Shown here: positions 37,881 to 51,438 of the stretch, in pieces
Numbering within the stretch: the first letter of the stretch is position 1
How the letters are laid out: the number at the start of each line of letters is the position of its first letter
Origin: Eledone cirrhosa
Taxonomy: Eukaryota
Length of the DNA: 64,000 nucleotides
Assembly: GCA_964016885.1 (NCBI GenBank)
Contig: OZ024745.1
Coordinates: forward strand, 103,230,001-103,294,000
Reading direction: 5' to 3'
Translations under genes and position numbers: made by a program
The notes under the pieces: generated by a model
Databases searched by the model: none
Seen by the model: only the letters and a program-made list of their open reading frames with translations
What the model was told of the DNA's origin: nothing

Positions 37881-38439
37881 ATTGACTGTATGTATCTATG
37901 TGTTGTTTAAAGATCTACCTGTGTGTGAAGGTGATGAACTGACACAGTTATTAGAGCATCTAAACTATAATAAAGGAAGGTGTGCGGGACTGCGTACGGT
38001 TTTTTTTTTCTATCCCATTAGTAAAATAAGTTGGATTTCTTTGAATAAATAATGAATGAATATTACATAATTTGTCTACTAAATTTCGTAAACAAAAATA
38101 ATTTCGTAAAAATAAATAATTTCAAATTGACTTCTTTTCAAAGTTGCACTTCCGGTATATCGTTGCCACCACCTCCACCACTTCAACTACCATATATATA
38201 GAAAGAGAGAGTGTGTGATGTCAACACTTCCGGTGGCGATCGCTTAAATAAACATACTAATTTTCTGTCACTAATTTTCTCCTAATGCAGTTTATATATA
38301 ATATCGTCTTTTTTTAATGTATCATGGATTACTTTACTGATTACATAAGACAGTGTAACAACGTCTTCGTTCAATTTCTGTGTATATTGTCAATTACGAT
38401 TTTATTTGATGTATCATATCTACCAGCTTTCTTTCTTCT

Positions 38440-39922
38440 TCCAATACTGTCTCAACAATGGTGCTACTCCGGAGCAGGGGAAAACTGCCAGTGTCATTCC
38501 CCTGTTAAAAAAGGGTGACTGCACATCACCTGTCAGTCTTACTAGCTGTATTGCCAAACTAATGGAATCCTGTGTCAGAGAAACACTTTGGAACTTCTGG
38601 AGCTCTCACAGCCTCATCCGGCCCTCGCAGTTTGGATTTATCCCTAACTCCAGCTGCTGTGATCAGCTTATCGAGTTCCTTGAAGACATTACCCGGATCA
38701 CTGACAGCGGCTCATGGGTGGATGTTGTTTACCTTGACTTCGCTAAGGCTTTTAATTCTGTGCCACACAAAAGACTTATGGCAAAACTCTCTGCAATGGG
38801 TGTGAGGGATGATCTTTTTAACTGATTGAAATCCTTCATTCTCAGCCGAAATGAGGTAGTCACGGTTCTAGGACAGCATTCTTCACCATATGAGATGTCA
38901 TCTGGTGTACCACAGGGATCTGTTCTTGGTCCCCTTTTGTTTGTGGCATATATTAATGACATAGATGCCAACTTAAAGAATGCCACGGTTCTGAAATATG
39001 CGGATGACATCAAGCTGTATCTTGAAATCAAAAGGACTGATCCTGAAATCTAGAACACTTTCCTACAATCAGACCTGGACACAATGCAGCAATGGATCAC
39101 AGACTGGCAACTGAAGCTGGCTGTGGACAAGTGTACCACCATGCATTTTGGGAGGAAAAATCCAGCATCCACATGCTCCCTCCACAACACTGATATCAAG
39201 AACATGACCTGGGCATTACTGTCAGCAGCGATTTGCGTTGCACAAAGCATGTCTCTAAGATTGTCAGGAAGGCTGAGGGTGTCTTGGCATCACTCAGCAA
39301 GACCTTTGTTAGCCGCTCTCCAGCCATCTATGTAAAGCTGTATACAGCTATGGTACGACCACACTTGGAATTCGCATCATCAGTCTGGAACCCCTATCTT
39401 GCTCAGAACATTGACTTCCTGGAAACTGTTCAGAGATGTGCAACCAAGCGCATACCCTCCATCAGACACCTACCATACTCTGAACGCATTGCTTCCATGG
39501 GCATGGATTCATTGAAGCTCCGACATCTGGCAATGGACTTGGTAAACACCCACAAAGTTATTAAACATTTCACCAACAACAACCCTGAGCACCTTTTTGA
39601 TCTCCAAAATCAGAAAACAGCACAGCTCCCATGACTTTCGGAAACATTTTTTCACTCTCAGAGTTGCTGAAGCATGGAACAAACTGCCTGCGTCAGTTGT
39701 TAGCTGCCGAAACTCTGCATCCTTTAAAACCCTCATGCTTCCCGAAATTCGCCAAAACTACACCTGATGTACCCCTTCCATACACATGCACACATGTCTA
39801 TATCATGACTCATGCACTGTTCATTTTCCTGACGTTTGTACATTACCCTATGTACTATACATACACTTTTTGATGAGTGTAGTGCACCTGAGCATTGTAC
39901 ACAATATTTCATTATTATTATT
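38440..39922 (+). pseudogene. 5'-truncated CR1-clade LINE (RT domain to 3'UTR)
   Basis: VYLDFAKAFNSVPH, SGVPQGSVLGPLLF, KYADDIKLY, VRPHLEFASSVWNP; (TTA)n tail; frameshifts present. Confidence 0.92.
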
Positions 39923-39923
39923 A

Positions 39924-40342
39924 AGGGCGGTGGATTGGCAGTATCGGTAGAGGGTCGGACGCCATGCTTTCCAACATAGTTACGTCCCTTTACGATCTGA
40001 GTTCAAATCCTGCCGAGGTTGACTTTGCCTTTCATCCTTACGAGGTTGATAAAATAAAGTACCAGTAATGCACTGGGTATTTGCTGGCCTTGTGCCAAAA
40101 ATAGAAACAATTATTATTATTATTATTACATAGGCGGTGGACTGGCAGTTCGGTAGAGGGTCGGACGCCATGCTTTGACGCATAGAGTTACGGCCCTTGC
40201 CATTCTGAGTTCAAATCCCGCTGAGGTTAACTTTGCCTTTCATCCTTACGGGGTCGATAAAATAAAGTACCAGTAATGCACTGGGTATTTGCTGGCCTTG
40301 TGCCAAAAATAGAAACAATTATTATTATTATTATTATTATTA
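39924..40342 (+). mobile_element. Two tandem full-length SINE family B copies
   Basis: GGCGGTGGA(T/C)TGGCAG head, GAGTTCAAATCC B box, Nin/Deu-like core and (ATT)n tails at 39924-40128 and 40133-40342. Confidence 0.9.
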
Positions 40343-41187
40343 CAGTTGCATTTATCTTGCTTTATGTTCATATGAGTTATCACCAAGTCACAACCAGTGA
40401 CCTCAAGAGACAACAAGGTCCGCCATGTTCAAGAAAGAACATACATATTCACACATGCATCTTTAGTGTTTAGACTTGTGATGTACTTATATTGACAGAA
40501 TCTTCCTTAGTATATGGGCAGTTCCCATTAATACTATCTTTTGTATTTCTCCTATACGCGGGTTTCCTGGGATTTGCGATATGTAATCATTAGACCCCTT
40601 AGGTATCATTCCCAGAGCGCCTACAACCACTGGTATTGTTTTAGTTCTCAATTTCCACATTTTTCCAATTTCTATCTCCAGGTCCTTATACTTGCTCAAT
40701 TTTTCAAATGTTTTTATAGATACATTCTTGTCTATTGGAACAGACATATCAATTAGCAGGCATACCCTCTTTTGAAAGTCTTTCAATATTATATCAGGTC
40801 TGTTTGCATCTATTTTTCGGTCTGTTTGGATGCTAAAGTTCCACAAGATTGAGATGGGATCTTTTTCAAGTATGGGAGGTGGTTGATGCTCCCACCAATT
40901 CTTTTGATGGGGCAGGTCAAAATGCTTACACATTATCCAATGTATGTATTGTGCAGCTCTGTCATGCCTGTTTAGGTATTCGGTTGGAGCTATAGGACTG
41001 CACATTGAAATTATATGGTCAATGGTCTCTGGTTGTTTTTTTCATACACGGCATAATGGGCTGCACCCATTTTTTATTATGTTGGCTTGGTAATTTTTTG
41101 TTGGCAGACACTGATCTTGTGCCGGTATAATCAGTCCTTCAGTCTCCGATTTCAGTCCAGAGGATGCCAACCACTGATGGGTTAAAG
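40343..41187 (-). pseudogene. 5'-truncated R4/Dong-type LINE (restriction-like endonuclease C-terminus) in (TAA)n
   Basis: ORF 40487-41005 has RHD, RPDIIL, IDMSVP and EKLSKYKDL; upstream AQDQCLPT motif; (TTA)n on both sides. Confidence 0.9.
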
Positions 41188-41229
<42 letters not shown>

Positions 41230-41479
41230 GTCTGTAAATTAAAGGTGGAAAACTGGGAGAGGGCACTTGCCCTGGTGGTCAGGGCCACTGTGGTCTTTTA
41301 ATGGGCTTTCTCCACAAATGTCCCTTGGAAGTCTCCCCCCTATTGGGGAATTTTTCTTTGTTATTTTATTTCAACCTCTGTTTTTTTACACGCAGAAATG
41401 CCCATTTGTACCGTCCTGTATTGTCCTGTACTGTCCTTAATGTCTACTTTATGTGAACCCTTGTGGTTAATAAAGAAAA

Positions 41480-41480
<1 letters not shown>
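41230..41480 (+). mobile_element. Probable LINE 3' end (possibly L1/Tx1-like) between (TTA)n tracts
   Basis: Ends ...GTGAACCCTTGTGGTTAATAAAGAAAAC + (ATT)n; family assignment is a guess. Confidence 0.35.
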
Positions 41481-41545
<65 letters not shown>

Positions 41546-41873
41546 GGCACATGGCTTAGTGGTTAGAGCATTGGCCTTGCAATCGAAAGGTTGTGAGTTC
41601 AATTCTCAGACCGGGTGATGTGTTGTTTCCTTGAGCAAGACACTTTATTTCACATTGCTCCAGTTTACTCAGCTGTAGAAATGAGATGATAGGGACTGAG
41701 GTCCCTATCATTCCACTGCAAAGTGGTCATGGGGGTGCCACGGAAAAAAAGCACCCAGCACTCACTGTAAATGAGGTTGGTATTAGGAAGGGCATCCAGC
41801 TGTAGAAATCAAGCCAGAATCAGTTCCTGTCCCACCCTTGCAAGCAGGGAAAAAGCGGACGTAAAATGAAATG
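41546..41873 (+). mobile_element. SINE family A, full length
   Basis: GGCACATGGCTTAGTGGTTAGAGC head, B box, CORE-like segment, RTE-type tail. Confidence 0.9.
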
Positions 41874-42095
41874 TATGTATGTATGTATTACATGTATATA
41901 TATACTTGCGTATAATATCAATATACACACTACACATGTTAGCAGAAAACCACCCAAGAGCGGTTTTTCTGCTAGTAATATTAAGAATGTCTCTATTTGT
42001 TCCGGCTTACTGTACTCTGAGTTAAATCCTGCCGAGGTCAAATCAGCTTGGTTCTTTCAGTCTCTCTCTCTCTGGAAAAATTGGCTCTGTACCAA

Positions 42096-43690
42096 CTTGT
42101 GTGTGTCTATGTGTGTTTGTGTGTCTGTGTGTGTCTGTGTGTGTCTATGTGTGTTTGTGTGTCTGAATGTGTGAAAATGTGTGTATCTGTTTTTTTCTTG
42201 AATGTGTGAAAATGTGTGTATTTGTGTGTGTCTGAATGTGTGAAAATGTGTGTATCTGTGTGTGTCTGAATGTGTGAATGTGTGTGTATCTGTGTGTGTG
42301 TATACATGTATCGGTATGTGTGAGTGTGTGTGTCTGTGAGTGGGTATCTGTATGTGTGTTTGTGTGTCTGTGTGTGTCTGAATGTGTGAAAATGTGTGTA
42401 TCTGTGTGTGTCTGAATGTGTGTGTGTATACATGTATCTGTATCTGTGAGTGTGTATCTGTTTGTGTGTCTGAATGTGTAAAAATGTGTGTATCTGTGTG
42501 TGTCTGAATGTGTGAAAATCTGTGTGTGTGTATACATGTATCTGTGTGTGTATCTGTGAGTGTGTATCTGTATGTGTGTCTGTGTGTGCCTGAATGTGTG
42601 TATCTGTGTGTGTCTGAATGTGTGAAAATGTGTGTGTATACATGTATCTGTATGTGTGAGTGTGTATCTGTATGTGTGTGTCTGAATGTGTGTGTATCTG
42701 TATCTGTATGTGTGAGTGTGTATCTGTATGTGTGTTTGTGTATCTGTATGTGTGTATGTGTGAGTGGGTGTGTGTATCTGTGTCTGTCTGTATGTATGTA
42801 TGTATGTGTGTGTAACAGATGCAGCAAATCTAACATTAATTGGTTTATATAATATTTATGTCTTTATCAGGAGTTAAGAGCTTTTTACCATTTGTTTTAC
42901 CTGTGTGTGTGTGTATGTATGTATGTGTGTGTATGAGTGTCTGTATGTGTGTGTGAGTGAGTGTGTACCTGTGTGTATTTGTGTGCTTGTGTATCACTGT
43001 GTGTGTGTATCTGTGTGCTTGTGTTTGTGTATCACTGTGTGTGTGTATATGTGTGCTTGTGTTTGTGTATCACTGTGTGTGTATCTGTGTGCTTGTGTTT
43101 GTGTATCACTGTGTGTGTGTATCTGTGTGTGTGTGTATGTATGTGTATGTGTGTGTATGAGTGTCTGTATGTGTGTGTGTGAGTGTGTACCTGTGTGTAT
43201 CTGTGTGCTTGTGTTTGTGTATCACTGTGTGTATGTGTATGTGTGTGTATGAGTGTCTGTATGTGTGTGTGTGAGTGAGTGTGTACCTGTGTGTATCTGT
43301 GTGCTTGTGTTTGTGTATCATTGTGTGTGTGTATCTGTGTGCTTGTGTTTGTGTATCACTGTGTGTGTGTATATGTGTGTGTGTGTGTATGAGTGTCTGT
43401 ATGTGTGTGTGAGTGAGTGTGTACCTGTGTGTATTTGTGTGTTTGTGTATCACTGTGTGTGTGTATCTGTGTGCTTGTGTTTGTGTATCACTGTGTGTGT
43501 GTATCTGTGTGCTTGTGTTTGTGTATCACTGTGTGTGTGTGTATGTGTGTGTATGAGTGTCTGTATGTGTGTGTGTGAGTGAGTGTGTATCTGTGTGCTT
43601 GTGTTTGTGTATCATCGTGTGTGTGTATCTGTGTGCTTGTGTTTGTGTATCACCGTGTGTGTGTATCTGTGTGTGTGTGTGCATATTTGC
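42096..43690. repeat. Two compound TG-based minisatellite arrays
   Basis: TCTGAATGTGTGAAAATGTGTGTA-type units (42096-42812) and GTGCTTGTGTTTGTGTATCACTGTGTG-type units (42903-43690). Confidence 0.9.
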
Positions 43691-44141
43691 ATGTTTGTTT
43701 GTTTGCCTATGTTTGTGGAGTTCGGTTTGTGTATATTTACATCTTGTCTTTGTTTGTATGTATGAATGTGTGTGTATGTATATATACGTTGGCCTGTGTC
43801 TAGGTATATGTACATGTGTGGGTTAATCTAAATGTATGGCCAGGTTTTCTTCACCACTCCTTGACTCACCCCCTTATCCTTCAATACCAGACGATCTGTC
43901 TCTATGGTTGCTTTTGTTGTTTAGAACTCGAGGTCATAACTGATCTATGGTCAAAGGTTTTTCTAGGTATGACCATTTTTGTTTTCACTCAATCATGGTG
44001 TATCTCTAAGGACACTATTTAAAGTTTCTCTCTTCTAAAAAAAAAAAAAAGCCCCGAAAAAACATAGTAATGTGTGATTTAAGAGAAATATGGCTGCTGT
44101 TACTTACTGATAGAGGGTTCCTTTCTTAACTGCTGCTGTAT

Positions 44142-44369
44142 TTAACCCTTTAGCATTTAAACCGGCTGTATCTGACCAGAACTCTCTCACCTCTTTCTGT
44201 TTAAACTGGTCATAACTAGCCACTCATACTGATGTTGATGTATTGTTCCCAAAATACATAATATCAAAATCTCGTAGATTCGATATTTTGTGGAATATTA
44301 TGTGAGGTAAAGCCTTTACTGTGAAAATATAATAGTAAATATAGAGTAATGTAAATGGTAAAGGGTTAA
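44142..44369 (+). mobile_element. piggyBac-type MITE P1
   Basis: TTAA-CCCTTTAGCATTTA ... TAAATGGTAAAGGG-TTAA. Confidence 0.88.
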
Positions 44370-44863
44370 ACATGGGATTTTTATGTAGAAATCCCTGTGT
44401 GAGTGTGTGTTTACATGAGTGTGTATGTATAAAAGTATGGTCATGTTTTGTTTTTATTTCTTTCCCTGTTACCACCACTAGATGGCTTGTTTGTGTGGCT
44501 CTGTGTTTATATATGTGTGCGTGTGATTATATGTCCTTGTGTTGTGTATTTAGGTATGTAAATGTGTGTGTGTGTGTGAGTGTGAGTGTGGCTCTGTGTT
44601 TATATATATATGTGTGTGTGTGTGTTTGTGTGTCTGTGTGAGTGTGGCTCTGTGTTTATATATATCTATATATATATGTGTGTGTATGAGTGAGTGAGTG
44701 TGGCTCTGTGTTTATATATATATATATATGTGAGTGTGTGTGTGTGTGTGTGTAAGTGTGGCTCTGTGTTTATATATATATATATATATGTGAGTGTGTG
44801 TGTGTGTGTGATTTTATGTAAATATCCTTGCGTACATGTATGTGCATGTGTGTGCATGACTAA

Positions 44864-44987
44864 CCACCACTACCATCATCATCACCACCACTACCATCAT
44901 CATCACCACCACTACCATCATCATCACCACCACTACCATCATCATCACCACCACTACCATCATCATCACCACCATCACCATCACCAC
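44864..44987. repeat. 21-bp (CAC/TAC/CAT) trinucleotide-derived repeat
   Basis: CCACCACTACCATCATCATCA repeated about 5 times. Confidence 0.9.
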
Positions 44988-45610
44988 ACAATCAGATGAT
45001 GTATGTTTGTGTTTGTGTTGTTGTTGTTTAGCCCCAGGTGAGTTCTATTGAAGCAAACCTATGATGAAAAGTCTTCCAAATATGACCATCCTGTTTTATT
45101 TTCAGACACTGTATCTAAGATTACATTATCCAACTTGTATTTCCTCTTTTTAAGATGGTAAGGAGTAGTTTGGGAGGATTTGGGCTGAAAGCTTGTTTAC
45201 TGGCCATGTAGGAGCTTCCTTGGTCTATGTTTAGATATAACTTCAGGTATTTATGTGTATGTATGTCTACACCTGTATTCCTCAGTCTAACTCTTTATGT
45301 ATGACTTTAACTGTATGCGTATGCATGCGTGTATGTGTGTGTGTATGTGTAGGTGTCTGTTTTTCTTCATCAGTAAATATACATGTGTGTATGCACCTGT
45401 GTATGTACATGTGTATATATGCACATGTGTATATATGTGTGTATGTGTTCAAGTTTTTCTTTTCTGTCTTCCTTTCTATATGTATATTTGTGTGTAAGTG
45501 TATGTGTGTGTTTATATATGTATATCTGTGTTTGTTTGTTTTTTTCTTTCTGTATGTTTGTATCAATGTATTCATGTATTATGTGTGTATGTGTATATAC
45601 ATATATGTGA

Positions 45611-45998
45611 GGCACATGGCTTAGTGGTTAGAGCATTGGCCTTGCAATCGAAAGGTTGCGAGTTCAATTCTCAGACCGGGTGATGTGTTGTGTCCTTGAG
45701 CAAGACACTTTATTTCACATTGCTCCAGTTTACTCAGCTGTAGAAATGAGGTGATAGGGACTGGGATCCATATCATTCCACTGCAAAGTGGTCGTGGAGG
45801 TGCCACGGCAAAAAAGCACCCAGCCCACACAGTAAAGTGGACATGGAGGTGCCACAGAAAAAAAAAGCATCCAGCACTCACTGTAAATGAGGTTGGTGTT
45901 AGGAAGCGCATCCAGCTGTAGAAATCAAGCCAGAATCAGTTCCCGTCCCACCCTTGCAAGCAGGGAAAAGTGGACGTAAAATGATGATGATGATGATG
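45611..45998 (+). mobile_element. SINE family A, full length, with a duplicated internal unit
   Basis: As 41546 but with two CAC..GTAAAGTGG...GGTGCCAC..AAAAAAGCA(C/T)CCAG units. Confidence 0.9.
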
Positions 45999-46665
45999 CT
46001 AGGTTTGTTCATGCATGTTTGTGTATATTTGTGTATGTGTGTGTCGGTATTTTTGCTCGATTTTTGGTCTACCTGTCTAAATTTTAATATCTATATGTAT
46101 TACTCATTATCCATGAATATTTGTGTGTATGTGTGAATATCTATTTACTTATGATGAGCTATGCCTTTAAGTGTTCCTTTTCCTTTCTGTTACTCTCTCT
46201 TACTCTCTCTCTCTCTCCCTCTCTCTCAACAGGTTTTCCCTTTTAAATCTCTATGACTATGTCTCTGTGTGTATTTGTGAATGTGCATGTATGCCCTTTC
46301 TATAAGAATGTATATATGTGTATGTATGTGTCGTTTCCCTTCTACATGAATATAAATATATGTGTATGTTTGTATATATGTTAGTATATCTGTGTGTGTG
46401 TGCGTTTCTACATTTTTCCCCTTTACATGAGCGGATTTCAGTGTATGTATGTGTATATTGTTATGAATGTGTCTCTGTGTGTTTCTGCATTTTTGTTTTC
46501 ATTTTTATTTTTTCTTGTCCATCTGTCAACATTTCAAAAAAGTTGTTTACTCTCTCCCTCCCTCTTTCTCTCTCCCTCTCATTCAGTCAGATCCCTCTCT
46601 TTCCCTCCCTCCCTCTCTCTCTCCCTCTCTCTCTCTCTTTCCCTCTCATTCAGTCAGACCCCTCA

Positions 46666-46716
<51 letters not shown>

Positions 46717-46751
46717 TCTCTCTCTCTCTAATTCAGTTAGACTGCTCTTCT

Positions 46752-46785
<34 letters not shown>

Positions 46786-47257
46786 ATTCAGCCAGACCCC
46801 CCACCTCCCTGTCAACTCAGTCTTTTCTAAACAACAACCCCCAATCCTTCCTTGTAAAATCTACACAACAGATGTATTAACAAACAATATGAGAAGAGAC
46901 TCAGTTGTGAACTTGGTTCTCTATGGGATTATCTATAATCTATAAAACTGACATAAAAGTCAATAAACTCACTTAGCCTGAGATGAGATACTTAAATATG
47001 GTACTTAGGTAGTATGTGACACTTAAATTTGTTTTTGTTGGGGTTTTTTTCTTCCACATCTGAGACAGTACATTACCACAAGTGCTACAGTATTGGAAGA
47101 AATACCTTGCAGTATTTATTCCAGTTCCTTATGTTCTGAGTCCAAATTCCATGAAGACTAACTTTGTCTTTCATTGTTCCTAGATCAATAATGTAGCAGT
47201 GTAGTATGGTGGAGTGGTGAAAGAAACTATTAAAGTATTGGGTAGAATGCTTTACAG

Positions 47258-47524
47258 CAGACATGTCAAACTGAGGGTCTCCCGAGGGCCAGATGGGTCA
47301 CATATGTGTTGTCTGAGGGTCACATGGGTCACACATGTGTTGTCTGAGGGCCACATGGGTCACATATGTGTTGTTTGAGGGCCACATACAACAACTAATT
47401 GCACACATTACAACTAATATTACAAAGATAAAACATGCTCGCATTGTAAAAACCTTTGTGTGGGCTGCAGGTGTGCTTGTAAAGGGCCACATGTGGCCCA
47501 CGAGCTGCATGTTTGATATGCCTG
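47258..47524. mobile_element. hAT (Charlie-type) MITE
   Basis: 8-bp TSD CTTTACAG (47250-47257, 47525-47532); TIR CAGACATGTCAAAC/GTTTGATATGCCTG; internal ~31-bp repeats. Confidence 0.9.
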
Positions 47525-48210
47525 CTTTACAGTATTTGTTCTGGCTCTTTGCATTCAGAGTTTAAATACCACCTGACCCTTGGATTGCTTTTGCAGAGTC
47601 CATTCTTTTGCAAGCATTCAGGTCAGATCCCTAGCTTTAGAATTCCTTCCTTCCCACTTTGCAGTCACGGAGCCCCTAAAAATAGTCATGGGAACTGCCC
47701 TTCGTCTAGATTTAGCAAATAAGCAGTACCTATTACCTCCACAAGCCCTTCAGTACTAATAAGATGTGTAGTTTATCTATACTCTATTATTTTACTGGTT
47801 CCAGTTATTAGACTGGCTATTCTGATGCATAACCTTCTACATTGACTGCAGTACCATTTAATTGATTCTTAATTATTTCATCTATCTCAAAGAAATGAGA
47901 AGCTGAGTGGTTCTTAGTAGGATTAAAACTTACAGCATAAAGTGATATAACCAAATACTGCAATGTATTTTATCCAACACCCTAACCATTCTGCCTTCTA
48001 CACCACCTCCTAACAATAGCAAATAAAGATATCAGGTCTAGCTGTGGAAATAATCCAAGACCGTCAAGATCCAATCCTAGGGGAATTTGCTTGGTTTTGA
48101 CCTATCCCATAATTCCATAATGATGATGATTCCTCTAACAATTTTGATGATATGCATTCAGTTGTTCAGGCAACTGATCTACCTGCTTGTTGAATTAACA
48201 TGTACATGGA

Positions 48211-48555
48211 GGCACATGGCTTAGTGGTTAGAGCATTGGGCTTGCAATCAAAAGGTTGTGAGTTCAATTCTCAGGCCGGGTGATTTGTTTCCTTGAGCAA
48301 GACACTTTATTTCACATTTCTCCAGTTTACTCAGCTGTAGAAATGAGATGATAGGGTCTGGGGTCCCTATCATTCCACTGCCAAGTGGTCGTGGAGGTGC
48401 CACGGGAAAAAAGCACCCAGCACTCACTGTAAATGAGGTTGGTGTTAGGAAGGGCATCCAGCTGTAGAAATCAAGCCAGAATCAGTTCCCGTCCCACCCT
48501 TGCAAGCAGGGAGAAGCGGACCTAAAATGATGATGATGATGATGATGATGATGAT
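48211..48555 (+). mobile_element. SINE family A, full length, nested in an older SINE
   Basis: Near identical to 41546; (GAT)n tail. Confidence 0.9.
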
Positions 48556-48875
48556 GGCTGAATATACCTTAGACATATTCTCAATGTAATTCTCAGTCCC
48601 AATCAGTATATCACATGAGACAACACTGGACTTTTGAATTACATGTACAGTTCATCTGATGATCCTCCACACATTTTCTGTCTATACAATTTCACTTAAT
48701 AGGATTGTATCAACAGGGGACTATGGTAAAAGACATTTACCTAAGATGCCATGAAATAGAATTGAAAATGGAGCCTCATGGTTGTGAAGCAAACTGCTCA
48801 ACTACATGGCCATGCATTGGTCCTTGTAGAAATGAGAGAAAAGTAACGACCTTACTGGTTTCAGTAAAAGTTGTC

Positions 48876-49104
48876 TTAACCCTTTAGTATTTAAACCAGC
48901 TGTATCTGGCCAGAATTCTCTCGCCTCTTTCTGTTCAAACTGGCTGTAACCGGCCACTCATACTGATGTTAAGGTATTGTTCTCAAAATAAATACTTTCA
49001 AAATCTCATAGATTTAATATTATGTGAGATAATTATGTGAGGTAAAGCCTTTACCATGAAAATATAATAGTAAATATAGAGTAATGTAAATGGTAAAGGG
49101 TTAA
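48876..49104 (+). mobile_element. piggyBac-type MITE P1
   Basis: TTAA TSD and CCCTTTA.../...TAAAGGG TIR. Confidence 0.88.
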
Positions 49105-49489
49105 TATCAACTCTCCTATCTGAATTTATTTTCTGTCACAAGCCAACTAGAGAACATTTATATGATCACTCAACTTATTAGAAATGGCAGTCAAAATCTC
49201 CTGAAATCACCCTTGTCCTTATAAAGATAAGAAGAGGGGGTGATCACAGCTGGAATGCCTTTAATCAAAGGTCTGTTCAATCAGGTTTGGCCTGGCCAAA
49301 ACAACAACAACAACAGCAACCATCCTGCATAATTTCTATCTGTCTATTTGTCTGTAAATACGTGTGTATGTTTGACTGTCTCTGTACATGTGTGTATCTG
49401 CATGTATATGTGCATATGTGTCTATGTATTTATGTATTTAGGCATGTATATGTGTCTTTGTATGTATATGTGTCTATGTATGCATGTAT

Positions 49490-50165
49490 TTAGGTATGTA
49501 TGTGTGTGTATATAAGCATGAATGTATGGATGTGTGTGTATGTATGTATGTGTATGGATGTGTATGGATGTGTATGTACGTATGTGTGTGTATGTATGTG
49601 TGTGTGTGCATGTATATATATATATGTATGGATGGATGTGTCTGCATGTGTATGTATGTATGGATGTGTCTGCATGTGTATGTATGTATGTATGTATGCA
49701 TGTGTATGTATGTATGTATGTATATATATATGTATGTATGGATGTGTCTGCATGTGTATGTATGTATGGATGTGTCTGCATGTGTATGTATGTATGTATG
49801 CATGTGTATGTATGTATGTATGTATATATATATGTATGTATGGATGTGTCTGCATGTGTATGTATGTATGGATGTGTCTGCATGTGTATGTATGTATGCA
49901 TGTGTATGTATGTGTATGTATGTATGTATATATATATGTATGTATGGATGTGTCTGCATGTGTATGTATGTATGTATGCATGTGTATGTATGTATGTATA
50001 TATATATATGTATGTATGGATGTGTCTGCATGTGTATGTATGTATGGATGTGTCTGCATGTGTATGTATGTATGGATGTGTCTGCATGTGTATGTATGTA
50101 TGTATGTATGTATGCATGCATGTATGTATGCATGTATGTATGTAAGTATGGATGTGTGTGGATGT
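49490..50165. repeat. (TATG)n-based minisatellite with GGATGTGTCTGCATGT units
   Basis: Recurrent ATGGATGTGTCTGCATGTGTATGTATGT. Confidence 0.92.
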
Positions 50166-50574
50166 TTTCATGTGTGTATGTATGTGCTTGGGAGATAGTG
50201 TAACAGATACAACTGATCCGATATTAATTGGTTTATATCATGATAACTGTCTTCATTTGTTTGTTTTTGCCTTTTTTTGTATAAATTATTTCCTCATTAT
50301 CTTACCTGATCAAACGACTAGGGAAATCATACCTGTTTTGAAAGTATCTCATGTTAAAGAAAATATCGACAAGAAGGAGGAGAAGGAGGACTATGGTTGT
50401 AGTGGTGGCAGTAGTGGTGACAACAACAACAACAACAACAACTTTCATTTTCACTTGTTTTTCTGTGGACCATAGCTGTCCAAATTGATAAGGTTTCAGA
50501 TAACCAAATAAAATCATCATCATCTTCATCAGGAGCAGCATTTTAACATGTTTGTCCCATGCTAACCTTATCGA

Positions 50575-50878
50575 ATTGGCAGAGTCATTAGAATGTGGGA
50601 TAAAATGCTTTATGGTATTCGTTCTGGTTCTCTGCTCTCTGAGTTCAAATCCCGACAAAGTCAACTTTGCCTTTCATCATTTCGAGGTTGCTAAAAAAAA
50701 AAGTACCAGTCTAGTACTGGGGGTCGATTCTTCCTTTCTCTGGAAGAAATCTGCTGTACTCAAGGCTGGAGAGCGATGGGCTCTGCCAGGCTTAAAATGC
50801 TCAAGAAACGGTGTATGTCAATACGGTGCCCCGACAACTCTCTCAGGAGGTACAGGACCATACCATACCATACCAACC
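50575..50878 (+). mobile_element. SINE family B variant with a different 3' tail ending (CCATA)n
   Basis: B box, Nin/Deu-like core, GTACCAGTCTAGTACTGG; tail resembles 23780-23945 (-). Confidence 0.6.
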
Positions 50879-51438
50879 TGACTTAGAATCATTCTGCTAT
50901 GCAATGTATTACATCTTGGTCCTGCATCAGCCAACCCATAAAGCTTAATGTCAGACCCCCCCCCCCCCCATTGTTTTCTTCAAACTTCCTCTGAATAGGG
51001 TACCTTTTATGAACAACACATGCCAGGTTTTTTTGTAAGTAGTTGTGTTTCATTGCTAATATGATATTTGTTGACTTATTTGATTGTAGAGCAAAGTCCT
51101 TTTCTTTGCATTAGTAGCAATATGTTATTCAATGTTAGAAAAAAAACTTGCAATTATTATTCTTCAGACTAGATTATCAAGCATGTCATTTTATGAATTT
51201 CTTGTTCAACTTTATTACCAAACATTGTTCTAACTAACAAGCATCATACTGGCAAAAATAAGAATGTATTTATAGAATGTTCCTTCATTTACTTTCCTAT
51301 AATTTCTGCTACATGATAAACATTGAGCTGAACTTTATTAAAAACTATTTTAATCTCTTGTCAAAGTGATTCAATTTGTATTGTTATTTGCTAAATTAAC
51401 TTTTTAAATTATGAATTTTATTTTTGATATTTGCATGT

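Noticed and set aside
38324-38518. 64-aa ORF as a host gene
   Set aside because: Runs into CR1 sequence, has no recognisable domain and no convincing splice donor.
41546-41620. Functional tRNA genes at SINE heads
   Set aside because: A and B boxes are present, but each continues into a SINE body and lacks a proper acceptor stem and terminator.
42057-43826. Long His/Thr- or Cys/Val-rich ORFs
   Set aside because: Translations of TG/CA microsatellites; the same applies to 37121-38052, 45253-45683 and 49422-50203.
44694-44999. Poly-His protein
   Set aside because: Trinucleotide-derived repeat with no splice or ORF context.
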